A stretch of DNA of 64,000 nucleotides from Hypanus sabinus (taxonomy: Eukaryota): the NCBI RefSeq assembly GCF_030144855.1, contig NC_082710.1:170624001-170688000 (forward strand). The letters are read 5' to 3'. The position numbers and the translations under genes were made by a program. Shown one piece after another: positions 26,301 to 38,070 of the stretch (positions within the stretch are counted from its first letter, which is position 1; every line of letters begins with the position of its first letter). Under the pieces are notes generated by a model. The model was not told where the DNA came from. It saw only the letters and a list, made by a program, of their open reading frames with translations, and ran no database searches.

Positions 26301-26408
26301 CTCTCCTGTTAAACAACCCAGCCTATCACCTCTTACTCTCTGCAAACCCTCACCCGATTGGAGGCCCTGGCTGCTCTAAGGACCAGCTTAAGCCAATCAA
26401 CACAGATG
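26301..26408 (+). CDS. DDR1: DDR1 coding exon 10/16 (NPxY cassette exon, DDR1b-type)
   Basis: ccgacag|CT CTC...GAT G|gtaagg; 108 nt, phase 1->1; (A)LLLNNPAYHLLLSANPHPIGGPGCSKDQLKPINTD vs human ALLLSNPAYRLLLATY...KPTNTQ. Confidence 0.93.
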
Positions 26409-26786
26409 GTAAGGACCTCGCCAAATTGGACTGGTAGTTGGGTTGAGTTGGGCTAGGGATGGTACGAGGGGTGGGATAAGGAGGGGTGGGTGGGGAATGG
26501 ATGGAGGGGTCTAGATCAAAGTTGTGAGCAGCCAGTGGGAGCCTCAAATTTTCTACTGACAACTAGGAGGTTAATTTGCTGGTCTTGTCCTCTGGGCAAA
26601 CAATTCAGAGACCCAAGTTTGAAATTCCACCACTGCAGATGTGGAGTTTAACTCTTGCTAATAATAGGGGATTTGGGGCAGACAAGTAGCCTTAGTAACT
26701 AAACCACACCAGCTGCTGGATTGTGTATGGGTGTGGACTCCAAGGCTACTCAGTCCATTGCTTCATTCCCTCCCTCGTCAAAGTTT

Positions 26787-27693
26787 CCATCAAACTCAAT
26801 ATACAAGTTTGCTGATGACACCACAATTGTAGGCCATATCTTGGGTAATGATGAGTGAGTACAGAGAGGAAATTAAGAACCTAGTGGCATGGTGCGAGGA
26901 CAATAAACTATCCCTCAACGTCAGCAAGATGAAGGAATTGGTTGTTGACTTCAGAAGGAGTAGTGGACCGCACAACCCCATCTACATCGGTAGTGCACAG
27001 GTGGAACAGGTTAAAAGCTTTAAGTTCCTCGGGGTGAATACCACAAATGACCTGACTTGGTCTAACCAAGCAGAGTCCACTGCCAAGAAGGCCCACCAGC
27101 ACCTTTACTTCTTGAGAAAGCTGAAGAAATTTGGCCTGTCTCCTAAAACACTCACTAATTTTTATAGGTGCACTGTAGAAAGCATTCTTCTAGGGTGCAT
27201 CACAACCTGGTATGGAAGTTGTCCTGTCCAAGACCAGAAGAAGCTGCAGAAGATCGTGAACCTAGCCCAGCACATCACACAAACCAATCTTCCATCCTTG
27301 GACTCACTTTGCACCGCATGCTGTCGGAGCGGTGCTGCCATAATAATCAAGGACACATCCCACTCAACCAACACACTTTTTGTCCCTCTTCCCTCCGGGA
27401 GAAGGTTCAGGAGCTTGAAGATTCATATGGCTAGATTTGGGAACAGGTTCTTCCCAACTGTGATAAGACTGCTGAACAGATCCTGACTGGGATCTGGGGC
27501 CGTACCTTCCAAATATCCAGACCTGACTTGCACTACCTTACTTCCCCTTTTCTATTTTCTAATTATGATTTATAATTAAAATTTTTATTATATTTACTTC
27601 GATTTGTACTTCAGGGAGCGTGAAGTGCAGAATCAAATATTGCTGTGATGATTGTATGCTCTAATATCAATTGTTTGGTGACAATAAAGTAAA
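26787..27693 (+). mobile_element. 5'-truncated Rex1/Babar-type LINE with an uninterrupted 212-aa RT C-terminal ORF (26848-27486)
   Basis: KFADDT at ~26806, then ...WCEDNKLSLNVSKMKELVVDFRR...FKFLGV...YRCTVESIL...FFPTVIRLLN; 3' end AATAAA (27683-27688) GTAAA. Confidence 0.85.
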
Positions 27694-29398
27694 TTGTATT
27701 GGCTGTTTTGTGATGTGAGTGGGAACAGGAAAGCTGTTATATTTCCTTCTTCCTGGCACCGTGGTGGCTTGACCTTTGCCATGGGAGATCATCCTAGTTT
27801 ATTGATTAGAAGCCATTCTCACTGTGGAGAGGCAAATCTTCAAGAAACCAGGGTGGAGAGGGGGAAGGAGGCAGTATAAAATAACGGGCTGAACAGCATC
27901 TCCGCTCTAGCCTGTTCAGGATATCCCCAGCAGAGAAAATCTGGATTGAAACACACTCTTCCGATGCCCCTGGACTTGACTGGTGCCGGACCATGGAAAT
28001 TTCCTCTGAACAGGAGAGCAGCAGGTCCTTGAGTATACCTGCTGCCCATGTCACATGAGGGTCCATGAACTTAAGTTTCCATAAGTCGGAACCGCTGTTG
28101 ACTGAGATTGCAAAAATCGCACTAATAGATTAGTTAGCTTCTGGTAGGTGCTACTCAGTATGGAAGCAGGCCTTTCAGTCCGAAGTCTCTATGTTGGCCA
28201 GGATGCTCCATCTAGGCTAGTCCCATTTCCCAGCATTTGTCTCATAATCTTCTAAATCGTTTCTGTCCGAGTATCTTTTTAACTGTCTTTTCAAAGTTGT
28301 TGTGCCTGCTCAACCATCTCTTCGGCAGCTCGCTCCATATATTTAAAAAAAAGTTGCCTCTAAAGTTCCTATTAAATCTCTCCCCTGTCGTCTTAAATCT
28401 GTGCCCACCACTTCTTGATTCTTCAAAACCTGGGAAAAACAATGCATTCACCCCATCAATACCCTCATGATTTTATATACCTTACATTTCTAACTTGGGT
28501 CTTAGAATTAGCTCCTTAAAACTTCAAAGTGTTTGGAGGAAGGTACAGAGATGGTGTCAGAGTTTTTCACACAGAGAATTGTAGGTGCATTGAACACCCT
28601 GCCAGGGGAGGTGGTAGAGGCAGATCCATTAGAAGCATTTAAGATACTCTTAGATAGGTACATGAATGTAAAAAAATGGCAGGCTCTGTAGGAGGGAAGG
28701 GTTAGTTTGACCTTAGAGTAGGCTAAAGGGTCAGCATAACATTGTGATCCAAATAGCCAGTTCTGTTCTGTGCTCTAAAACAGATCTACTACAGATTTGA
28801 AATGGGCTAAAATAGGGGTGGAATCTTTTTGGAGCATGTACCCAAATTGGCAATAATCTTTAAAAAATTCTTGCATGCCATGGTGATTTTTGTTTTCTTT
28901 TCTGAAAAATGATCAGAAAGGAAAGGAGCACATTCTAGCCATGATTCTTTAACATGTTCTCCATCACTGAATCATTTGCTGTATTTTTGCCAGTAAGGGT
29001 AATCTTTATGTACCTTTTTATTGTGGGTGTGTTTTGAAGAATTGAGGGGTGGCAGGGCATGCAAAGTTCCTACAAAATTTTTGCATGTGGTATCTTGGGC
29101 ATGCATGCCAAAGGTTCGCCACCCCTTGGCTACATCACAAGAGCTGCCACCAGTAAGGTTCAGATTGTTGTCCTGTCTGCCTAGTACGTAAGATGGATGC
29201 AGTAGGATCATTCCCCTCGACCAACAGCACCCAAATTGCTGCCATCTTACTGTGGACTCTTGCTGTGCATGATTTGGCCATTGGGTATGCAACTTCTTAG
29301 GGGTACTGTATTTTTCCAGAGCGATGAAGTGTGTCCTGCATGAACGCAGATTTGCCTTCAGTCCATGACTCCTGATCCCTTTGCTTTCCCATTCCCAG

Positions 29399-29643
29399 CA
29401 TGCAACGGGGAGTACGCGGAGCCTGACCTCACCAAGATGGCCGTTCAAACGGGCTTCCCTAACAGCGTGCCCCACTATGCCGAGGCTGACATCATCAACC
29501 TGCAGGGAGTGACGGGAAATAATACATACGCTGTCCCTGCCATCGCCATTGACATGCTGGCTGGAAAGGAGGTCACTGTTGGCGAGTTCCCACGGCAACG
29601 CCTTGTCTTCCGGGAGAAGCTGGGGGAGGGCCAGTTTGGGGAG
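29399..29643 (+). CDS. DDR1: DDR1 coding exon 11/16 (juxtamembrane to kinase Gly-rich loop)
   Basis: ttcccag|CA TGC...GAG|gtaagt; 245 nt; (A)CNGEYAEPD...[27 protein letters not shown]...[19 protein letters not shown]. Confidence 0.97.
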
Positions 29644-30550
29644 GTAAGTGGATAGGAGAGGCAGGGTGGGCACATAGAAGAGGTGGGAATGTTGGGACAA
29701 CACTGTAATCAATTGTTGCATATAAAGTCTAAGTTTCAGTACTTGACAGAGTCTTGGGAGTTCTAGTGCAGGATTCCCTGAAGGTTACTTGCAAGTTGAT
29801 ATGATAGTAAGGAAAGCAAATGAGATTTTAGCATTCATTTCAAGAGGACTAGAATTCAAAGCAAGAATGAAATGCTGAGGCTTTATTCGGCATTGCTCAG
29901 ACCACGTTTAGAGTATGGTGAGCAGTTCTGGGCCCCCATATCTACAAAAGGACGTGTTGGCATTGGAGAGGATCCAGAGGAGGTCCACGAGAATGACGGT
30001 TAACGGAGGAGGAGCGTTTGATGGCTCTGGGCCTGTACTTGCTGGAGTTTAGAAGAATGAGGAATCTCTTTGAAATCTACCAAATATTAAAAGGACATAG
30101 AGAGGATGTTTTCAATAGTGGGGGAGTTGATGATCAGCAGGCACAGCCTCGGACTAGAAGGTCATCCCCTTGGAGAGATGAGTAGGAATTTCTTCAGCCA
30201 GGAGGTGGTGAATCTGTGAAATTCATTGCCATGGGTGACTGAAGGCTAAGGCAATGGGTGTATTTAGGTAAAAATTAAGAGACAAAATAAACCTGTTGTA
30301 ATTGAATAGTGGAGCGGATCAATGAGCTAAATAGCCTAATTCTTCTGCCATGTCTAGCTAATAGATAAGGTTTTCATTTTGGGTTTCTTTTTGCAACCCT
30401 GTTAATGCAAAAATTGGCCTCCCTGTGTGCTGTAAGTGAAAGCTCTGCAATTTCTCTTTAGCTGTTCAAAAAAAGACACAAGGGGCCTTGATCGGCAAGC
30501 TGGCTTTAACCCAATGGCCAACCTCACTCCTCCTCCTCCTCCTGTTGCAG

Positions 30551-30678
30551 GTTCACCTGTGTGAAGTGCATAACCCTCAGGAGCTGGAGGACTTGGGAAT
30601 CCCCCTCAATGTCCACAAAGGTCGACCGCTTATGGTGGCTGTGAAGATGCTGCGCTCAGATGCCACCAAGAATGCCAG
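30551..30678 (+). CDS. DDR1: DDR1 coding exon 12/16 (kinase, VAVK lysine)
   Basis: ttgcag|GTT...GCC AG|gtaggt; 128 nt; VHLCEVHNPQELEDLGIPLNVHKGRPLMVAVKMLRSDATKNA(R). Confidence 0.97.
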
Positions 30679-32624
30679 GTAGGTCCACAACCCTATTTGC
30701 TCTTTTCCCATCTCCTTATCCCTTCCTGCAAGGTTCAGTGACAGTACTGTCTTGAATTGTGTTTCATTGCTTGTAACCAGCACGCTAAAGCATTCTGCTC
30801 TCTATTCTTATTTCAAAATAACTTTCTGCACTTGTATCTTTTAATTATTTTATGAGTAACATTCAAGTCAAAATATTAATGTGAAGTTATTCCATTTCAT
30901 CACCCGACCACTATTTAGTCAGGACAAGGTTATCATCAGCTGCCCAAGTACAGTGAGGTACAGGTACAGTGAAAGACTTGTTTATGGCATCTCTGCAGGC
31001 GTATGGGTTTAGACAACCCATACAAAATAGTTATATAAGGTGATGAGAGGCATTGATCGTGCGGACAGTCAGAGGCTTTTTCCCAGGGCTGAAATGACTA
31101 ACACGACAGGGCACAGTTTTAAGGTGCTTGGAAGTAAGTACAGAGGAGATGTCAGGGGTAAGTTTTTTACACAGAGAGTGATGAGTGCGTGGAATGGGCT
31201 GCTGGAGACAGTGGAGGAGGTGGATACGATACGGTCTTTTAAGAGACTCCTGGATAGGTATATAGAGCTTTGGAAAAATAGAGGGCTATGGGTAACCCTA
31301 GGTAATTTCTAAAGTACATGTTCAGCACAGCATTGTGGTTTGAAGGGCCTGTATTGTGCTGTAGGCTTTCTATGTTTCTAAAATAAAGATAGGCTTGCAT
31401 TGGTAATGCCATGATGCTGGAAACAGACATGGGGAGAAAAAAAGATAAACAAATAGAAACAAATCTATGCTAGTGCAAGAGGTGGTCTGTGGTGTTCCAT
31501 CACTGAGGTAAGATTGATTCAAGAGCCGAATTCAAAGTTGAAAGTAAATTTAATTTCGAAGTACAAGTATATACAACTCTGAGATTTGTTTCCTTGTGGG
31601 CATACACAATAATTCCAGGAAGCACAATGGTGTCAATGAAAGACTGCACCCAACAGGGCAGGCAATTAACCAATCTGCAAATACGAAATAGAAAAAAAAT
31701 AATAAATAAGCAATAAATACTGAGAACATGAAACAAAGAGTCCTTCATAGGTTGTGGGAACAGTGAAGTTGAGTAAACTTATCCCCTCTGGTTGAAGAGC
31801 CCGATGTTTGAGAGGTAGTAACTGTTCCTGAACATCACCTTACCGATGGCAGCAGCGAGAAAAGAGCGTGGCCTGGGTTTGGGGGTCCTTGACAATCGAT
31901 GCTGCTTTCCTGCAACAACACTCTGATTAGATGTGCTCAATGGTGGGGAGGTCTTTATCAGTGATGGACTGGGCCATATACACTACTTTTTGTAGGATTT
32001 TCTGTTTAAGGGCAATGGCATTTCCATACCCGGCTAGAATAATGTAAAATGGTTGTAAGAAAGTAGCTGTTCCTGTTGTGGGAATTCAGGCTTCTGTACC
32101 TCCTGTGTGACAGTAAGAAGCGGGAAGGTGGTGTGTCATGGGTAGTGGGGTTCATTGTCCTGAATGAGGAAATCCTTGATGCCAGGTGCCAACTCCTTGA
32201 GGCAGTGCTCCCTGTAGATGCTATTGGTGTGCAAAGAGCTGTGCCTGTGATGGAACCAGCTGGGTCCCCTACTCACTACTCCCTCTTGCATTGATTCTGG
32301 GCCATGATGGAACTGTGATTGCAAGGTTAAAATAAAGAGTGAGATGCTACCAGATAGCCCCAGCATCCCCGGTTCAATCCCAGCCTCCGCCGTCTATTTG
32401 TTTTCCTGTCAGTCAATCTAACATCTCTCTCTTTCACAGCCTCTAACCCTCCATTTCTCAATCAGCCCTGTGTCTATCTAAGAGTATCTTAAATGTCCCA
32501 AAAATCTCACCCTCTACCACCACCCCCAGCATTACACTTCCAATGTAAAAATAAACCTGTTTTGCAACATTTATATTTAGGTTTTTCATTTCAAAGATGT
32601 ACTTTATTTGTAATATATATGGTA

Positions 32625-33155
32625 TACTCAGTGGCCACTTTATTACGTAGCTCCTGCACCTAAAAATGTGGCTACTGAATGTATGTTCTTGGTCTTCTGT
32701 TACTGTAGCCCATCCACATCAAGGTTCAATGTGTTGTGCATTCAGAGATGCTCTTCTGCAAACCGCTAATGTAACGTGTGGTTATCTGAGAGACTGCCAC
32801 CTTCCTGACCGCTTGAATCAATCTAGCCATTCTCCTCTGACCACGCTCATTAACAAAACATTTTTGCCCACAGAACTGCCTGTCATTAGATGTATTTCTT
32901 TTGCACCATTCTCTATAAACTATAGAGAGTATTGTGTGTGAAAATTCCAGAAGAACAGCATTTTTTGAGATACTCGAACTACCCCATCAATCAATCCACG
33001 GTCAAAGTCACTTAAGATCACATTTCTTCTCCGTTCTGATGTTTGATCTGAACAGCAACTAAACCACTTGACCATGTCTGCATGCTTTTATGCGTTGAGT
33101 TGCTGTGATTGGCTGATTAACGAACAGGTGTACCTGAGAAATTGGCCACTGTGTG
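32625..33155. mobile_element. Non-autonomous Tc1/mariner-like element with TIRs
   Basis: TA|TACTCAGTGGCCACTTTATT ... AATTGGCCACTGTGTG|TA: imperfect inverted ends flanked by TA. Confidence 0.65.
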
Positions 33156-33772
33156 TAAATACAGTGTACATATCTCACTTTAAATTGGTTGAGCTATCAA
33201 TTGGTTCTTTTTGTTGCAACATGTCAGTGGTCTTCATGGGCAAGGTGTACAAAATCAGGAAAGGTATGGTAAATCCATACAGAACATTGGTTAGACAGTA
33301 ATTTTATCTGATATGATCAATCTATTTTAAGAAGGATGTGAAGTTTCTAAATGTGGGCTGGTTCCAGGGACATGGGCCAAGGTTAGACAGTTCTCCAATG
33401 AACATTGGTTGATGTATTAGATAAGGACTATCTTACACAGGGCAAACAAGGTGTTCACTTATCAAAGGATCATAGAGTAAGCATTAAAATGTCTGGGAGG
33501 AAAAAGAGGAAAATTTTTGTTCGGTGGAAAGGAGTGAGGAACTGGAACGGAGAGCTCAGAACAGTGGTGGAAATAGAGCCCAAATGCACATTCAAAATTA
33601 GCTAAACAACACTGGAAAGAGGGGAAGGGAGTCAGGGCTGGTATGGAATCAGTGGACCAAATGGTCACCACCTGTGTCATATTTGTCTCACCAGATGAAC
33701 GATGATTCAGGGTTGTTGCTGGAGGCAGTTTACAGTCGTCCTCACCTCTAAGCCTCTTCTTTCCACCAACAG

Positions 33773-33970
33773 GAATGATTTCTTGAAGGAAGTGAAGATC
33801 ATGTCACGGCTGAAAGACCCCAACATCATCCGGCTGCTGGGCGTATGCGTGAGGGATGACCCACTCTGCATGATCACTGAGTACATGGAGAATGGGGATC
33901 TCAACCAGTTCCTCAGCCAGCACGAGCTGGGAGACAAGTTTGCAATGGCCACCAACGTCCCGAGCATCAG
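33773..33970 (+). CDS. DDR1: DDR1 coding exon 13/16 (kinase, gatekeeper Thr)
   Basis: caacag|G AAT...ATC AG|gttagc; 198 nt; [65 protein letters not shown](S). Confidence 0.96.
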
Positions 33971-35130
33971 GTTAGCAGCTGAACCCCATTGTGACCCAGA
34001 GAAGACCCATGGTACCAGTGCTGACTTGGCAAGGACCCCTTCATTTATTTAAGGAAATCCAATATGGTTGACACAGGAGATCCATCTGTAATTCATTTCT
34101 AACCCCTGTAAACTGTCCTGACTGAGCCCTCTGACCTAAAGATGACTCTGGTAGCCATTTTTTAATCTAAGGAGATTTCCAGTGTTGATCTAAATAGTAC
34201 TCCCATTACTGACCCAACAGAGAACCCAATACATTATTATTGAGCCAATGGGACCTTTATAAATTCCACCTCCTCTTTATGCCTTATAATCCCTTATAAT
34301 CTGCCCAACACTTCCCTCTGGATCTCCATCTCCTTCCTTCTATTCCATGGTCTACTATCCTGTCCTATCAAATTCCTCCTCCTTCTCCCCTTTGCCCCTT
34401 CCACCTATCATCTTCTTGCATAATCACCCCTCCACTCCCCTCCCACCAACTTTCACCCTCACCTGCTAGCTTGTACTTCTCCCTCTCCCCATGTCACCTT
34501 GTTCTGGCCTTTGCCCCTTTCCATTCTGGTCCTGAAAGGTTTGTAGCCTGAAACATCGACAGTTTATTTGCCTCCATGTGTGCTGCCTAATCTGCATTTT
34601 CCAAGTGCTGCTCTGGATTTTCAGCATTTGCAGAATCTCTTGTGTTATTAGCTTGGAGAGACTTCTAAAATTGATCCCAAACTACTCCCCCAATGTTGAC
34701 CAAACGGAGAACTCCATCACTGACCCAGCAGAGTCCCACATTACCCACTGTTGACCAAGGAAACCATTGCGTTCCTTAGCATTGACTGAGGGAAGATGGT
34801 ACTGAACCCATGATTTATCCAGGGTGTTTTATTTCTTTCTTATTGATGGGCAGGACTCTGTGCATCAACCTAGAGGGGCAACTTAGAGAACATAGAACAG
34901 TGCAGCACAGTACAAGCCCTTGAACCCACAACGTTGTGCCAGTGTTATACTCTAGGATCAATTCCAGCCCTTCCCTCCTTCATCCTTCCGTAAGATAAAT
35001 CTCTTGATAATTGTGCTGGAATCCATGCGCGCTCCAAAACCTGTGTGTCCCTCATTTTGCTTCATTTCTACAGGAAATAACATCTGCTCTCCCCTTTCTC
35101 CCTCTCCTTGCCCCCCTCCCCCCAAACCAG

Positions 35131-35365
35131 TTATCCAAGCCTCGTGCACATGGCCAGCCAGATCGCTTCAGGCATGAAGTACCTGGCTTCAATGAACTTT
35201 GTTCACCGAGACCTTGCCACGCGGAACTGCCTGGTTGGCGAGAACTACACCATCAAGATCGCCGACTTCGGGATGAGCCGAAACCTGTACGCGGGCGACT
35301 ACTACCGGATCCAGGGGCGGGCCGTGCTCCCCATTCGCTGGATGGCCTGGGAAAGCATTCTGCTG
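35131..35365 (+). CDS. DDR1: DDR1 coding exon 14/16 (kinase HRD/DFG/activation loop)
   Basis: aaccag|T TAT...CTG|gtgagc; 235 nt; ...[56 protein letters not shown]. Confidence 0.98.
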
Positions 35366-36084
35366 GTGAGCGACCATGGGCTAGGAGGCTGGATGATGAA
35401 TGCAGAATCTCTGAGCTGGGTTATGGCTCTGTGACACTAGGGACTCCCATTACAAGGGGCATCAAGAACAAGGGAACCTGTCTGTGGCTACTCTGCAGAT
35501 CCCATTTTATATCCTACTGAAACAACACCCATGTGTGCTGCTTGTACTTACACCTTTTAGAACAGAGGACTCCGAAGAGTACAATGCAGGCCCTTCAGCC
35601 CACAACGTTGTGTGCGAACCTTTTAATCAATCCAAGATCAATTTTACCCTTCCTTCACAGCTCTACATCCTATCAATGTCCCATTGTGAGCTTTAACAAC
35701 CTTCTAAAACAATCCACAACGTCAACTGTAAACTTACAAACCCACCCTTCCACTTCCTCATCCAAGTCATTTATAAAATTCAAAGAGCCAGTGTTTCCTT
35801 AGCAGAGGACTATGGTCCTGGTGCAGTAGATGGGAGCTGGCAGAAGACCAGAGCATGAACAATGTCTCTATGTTGTAGTACTCTGATTCTTTTTTTTATT
35901 TGAAAAAATAATGTCACTTGTGAACCAGGCAATGGGTGAGACTGCTTTACGTGACACAACTGCGGATGGGAGGGATTTCGAGAGATCTCACAGCCTCTGT
36001 GCTGGCTCTTAGCACACACCCCATCTAACCTTGGTGCTAACAGCAGAGCAGCTCTGACCTTCTGATCTCCTCCTTTCCCTGCAG

Positions 36085-36234
36085 GGCAAGTTCACCACCA
36101 GCAGCGACGTCTGGGCCTTCGGCGTGACCTTGTGGGAGATCCTGGTGCTCTGCAAGGAGCAGCCCTACTACCACCTCACAGACGAGCTGGTCATTGAGAA
36201 CGCAGGCGAGTTCTTCAGGGAGCAGGGCAAGCAG
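36085..36234 (+). CDS. DDR1: DDR1 coding exon 15/16 (kinase C-lobe)
   Basis: ctgcag|GGC...CAG|gtaatg; 150 nt; [50 protein letters not shown]. Confidence 0.97.
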
Positions 36235-36615
36235 GTAATGCTTGGGGGGTGCTGTGGGCTGAAGGGCCTATATTTCAATCTACCCCATCTCTCCCACATT
36301 TCCCTCCATTATTCTATCATCCGTGCATCTACCTAAGAGTCTCTTACATATCCCTAATTTACCTGCCTCTAACACCACTGCAGCAGTGCATTCTAGGCAC
36401 CTAGCACTCTGTATATATTTGAAAAAAATATCTACCACTGACATCACCCCCCCATACCTTAAAATTATGTCCTCTCAAATTAGCCAATTCCACCCTAGTG
36501 AGAAAAGCACTTTATTTCCACCTCTCATCTTCATTTGCACCTCTATGACTCATGTGTTTCTGTGCTGTAGTACATTATGACTATGATTCCCACTGTCTGT
36601 CTCTTGTTCCCTCAG

Positions 36616-36756
36616 GTTTACCTCCCTCGCCCAGCCATCTGCCCCCAAGCCCTCTACAACGTCATGGTGAACTGCTGGAGGAGGGATGCCAAGGACCGGC
36701 CAACTTTCCAGCAGATCCATCAGTTCCTCACAGAGGATGCCATGAACATGGTGTAG
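36616..36756 (+). CDS. DDR1: DDR1 last coding exon 16/16, TAG stop
   Basis: ctcag|GTT...GTG TAG; VYLPRPAICPQALYNVMVNCWRRDAKDRPTFQQIHQFLTEDAMNMV*; the C-terminus is DDR1-type (human EDALNTV), not DDR2-type. Confidence 0.96.
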   Translation, partial: VYLPRPAICPQALYNVMVNCWRRDAKDRPTFQQIHQFLTEDAMNMV

Positions 36757-37739
36757 ACAGGACTTGGGCCGGGTGAACCCGGCTGACACCATCTCTGAGA
36801 CTGAGGGCCATCACATTGAGGAGGGTCTTCCATAAGCTGCCGCCGCTGTAGGAGCTTCGCCTTAGGGCCTGGGGTTGGAACCTCTAGTACTTGTAGGTTT
36901 ACTTTCCTTTCGTCTTGCAGTAGTCACTTGAACAGAACTTGATGGCCAACAAATCTTTGTGCACTTGGGCTCTCCGGCACACCTTGCTCCGTGGAAGGGT
37001 GGTGATACATGGGCTTCGCAACAAGTTCCAATCCCCACCGCTGTCTCAGGACCACACACTCATGTTCAGGCGGAACCCAGGAATCAGCTTCTCCCCTAAG
37101 CCCAACCCCAGCCTTCCACCCTCTCTCCTCTCCATGAATTGCATGGGAAAAGCCTGTTGAAGGATTGAGAACTGTGAGCCCTTTGGATTCTTTTATTTTT
37201 TGGGAAAAACACTGGAATTTGGAACTTTACTGTGGGTCAAAAGGTTTCTGTGACATCTCTCCTTGTAGCTCACGGTGCTCCATCTCAGCTCCCTGCTGCC
37301 AGTGGGGAGCAACATTTTGTGCATCGTCTCACCACCTCTCTGGTCTTGGCCAGAACGTACTACTGTGATACAGAATGCTCATTTGACTACTAAGGCTTAA
37401 CCCACTGGAGCAAGAGGAAGAGTGATTGGGAAGTGTGTGTGTGTGTCTGTCTGTCTGTGTGTCTCTCTCTCTCGCTCTGAATGCATGTAGGTGTCGTTAA
37501 GTGTATACAGGTCTGTTTGATTATCTCTTTGAGAGAGCAAGTGTGTGTGGACGTGTTCTAAAATACCAAATTTCTGGAGGAACCCGACAGGAACTTGTCT
37601 CTTTGTTAGCATGCATACATTCTGATGAGCGTGCACAGATATTGTGGTTCATGTGGTTTTGTCAGAATGTCCTTGTTATCTGTGTGTATGTATGTGCTCT
37701 GTACTCGAGCACACCTATGTGAGTTTGCTCATTGGTGAG

Positions 37740-38070
37740 CCAGCAAGAAAGTATGCATGTGTATAACTGTGTGTATTTGTGTGTCTACCCAAGTATATAT
37801 GTAAATGTGTGCATGTGTCTACATGTGTACCCGTAAGTGCACACACTTGTATGTATGGGGTGTGTGTGTCTATATACACTGACGGGTATCCAAGTGTGTG
37901 TGCGCATGTCTACATATGCATATGTGTAAATATGTGAACATGTATATATGGTGTGTGTGTGACATACAGTATGTGTTTCTGTGAATGTGTACATGTGTAT
38001 ATAAGGTTTGTGCATGCGTGTATGTCCACATATGTATATCTGCGAATGTGTGAATGAGTGCTTGTGTGCA
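37740..38070. repeat. TG/TA-rich low-complexity tract in the probable DDR1 3'UTR
   Basis: Direct reading. Confidence 0.8.

Noticed and set aside
33729-33772. DDR1c-type alternative acceptor (18-nt extension in human)
   Set aside because: Upstream AGs would add 20, 37 or 44 nt, all out of frame.
4880-36756. Assignment as DDR2
   Set aside because: The NPAY cassette exon, [21 protein letters not shown] and the EDAMNMV C-terminus are DDR1-specific.
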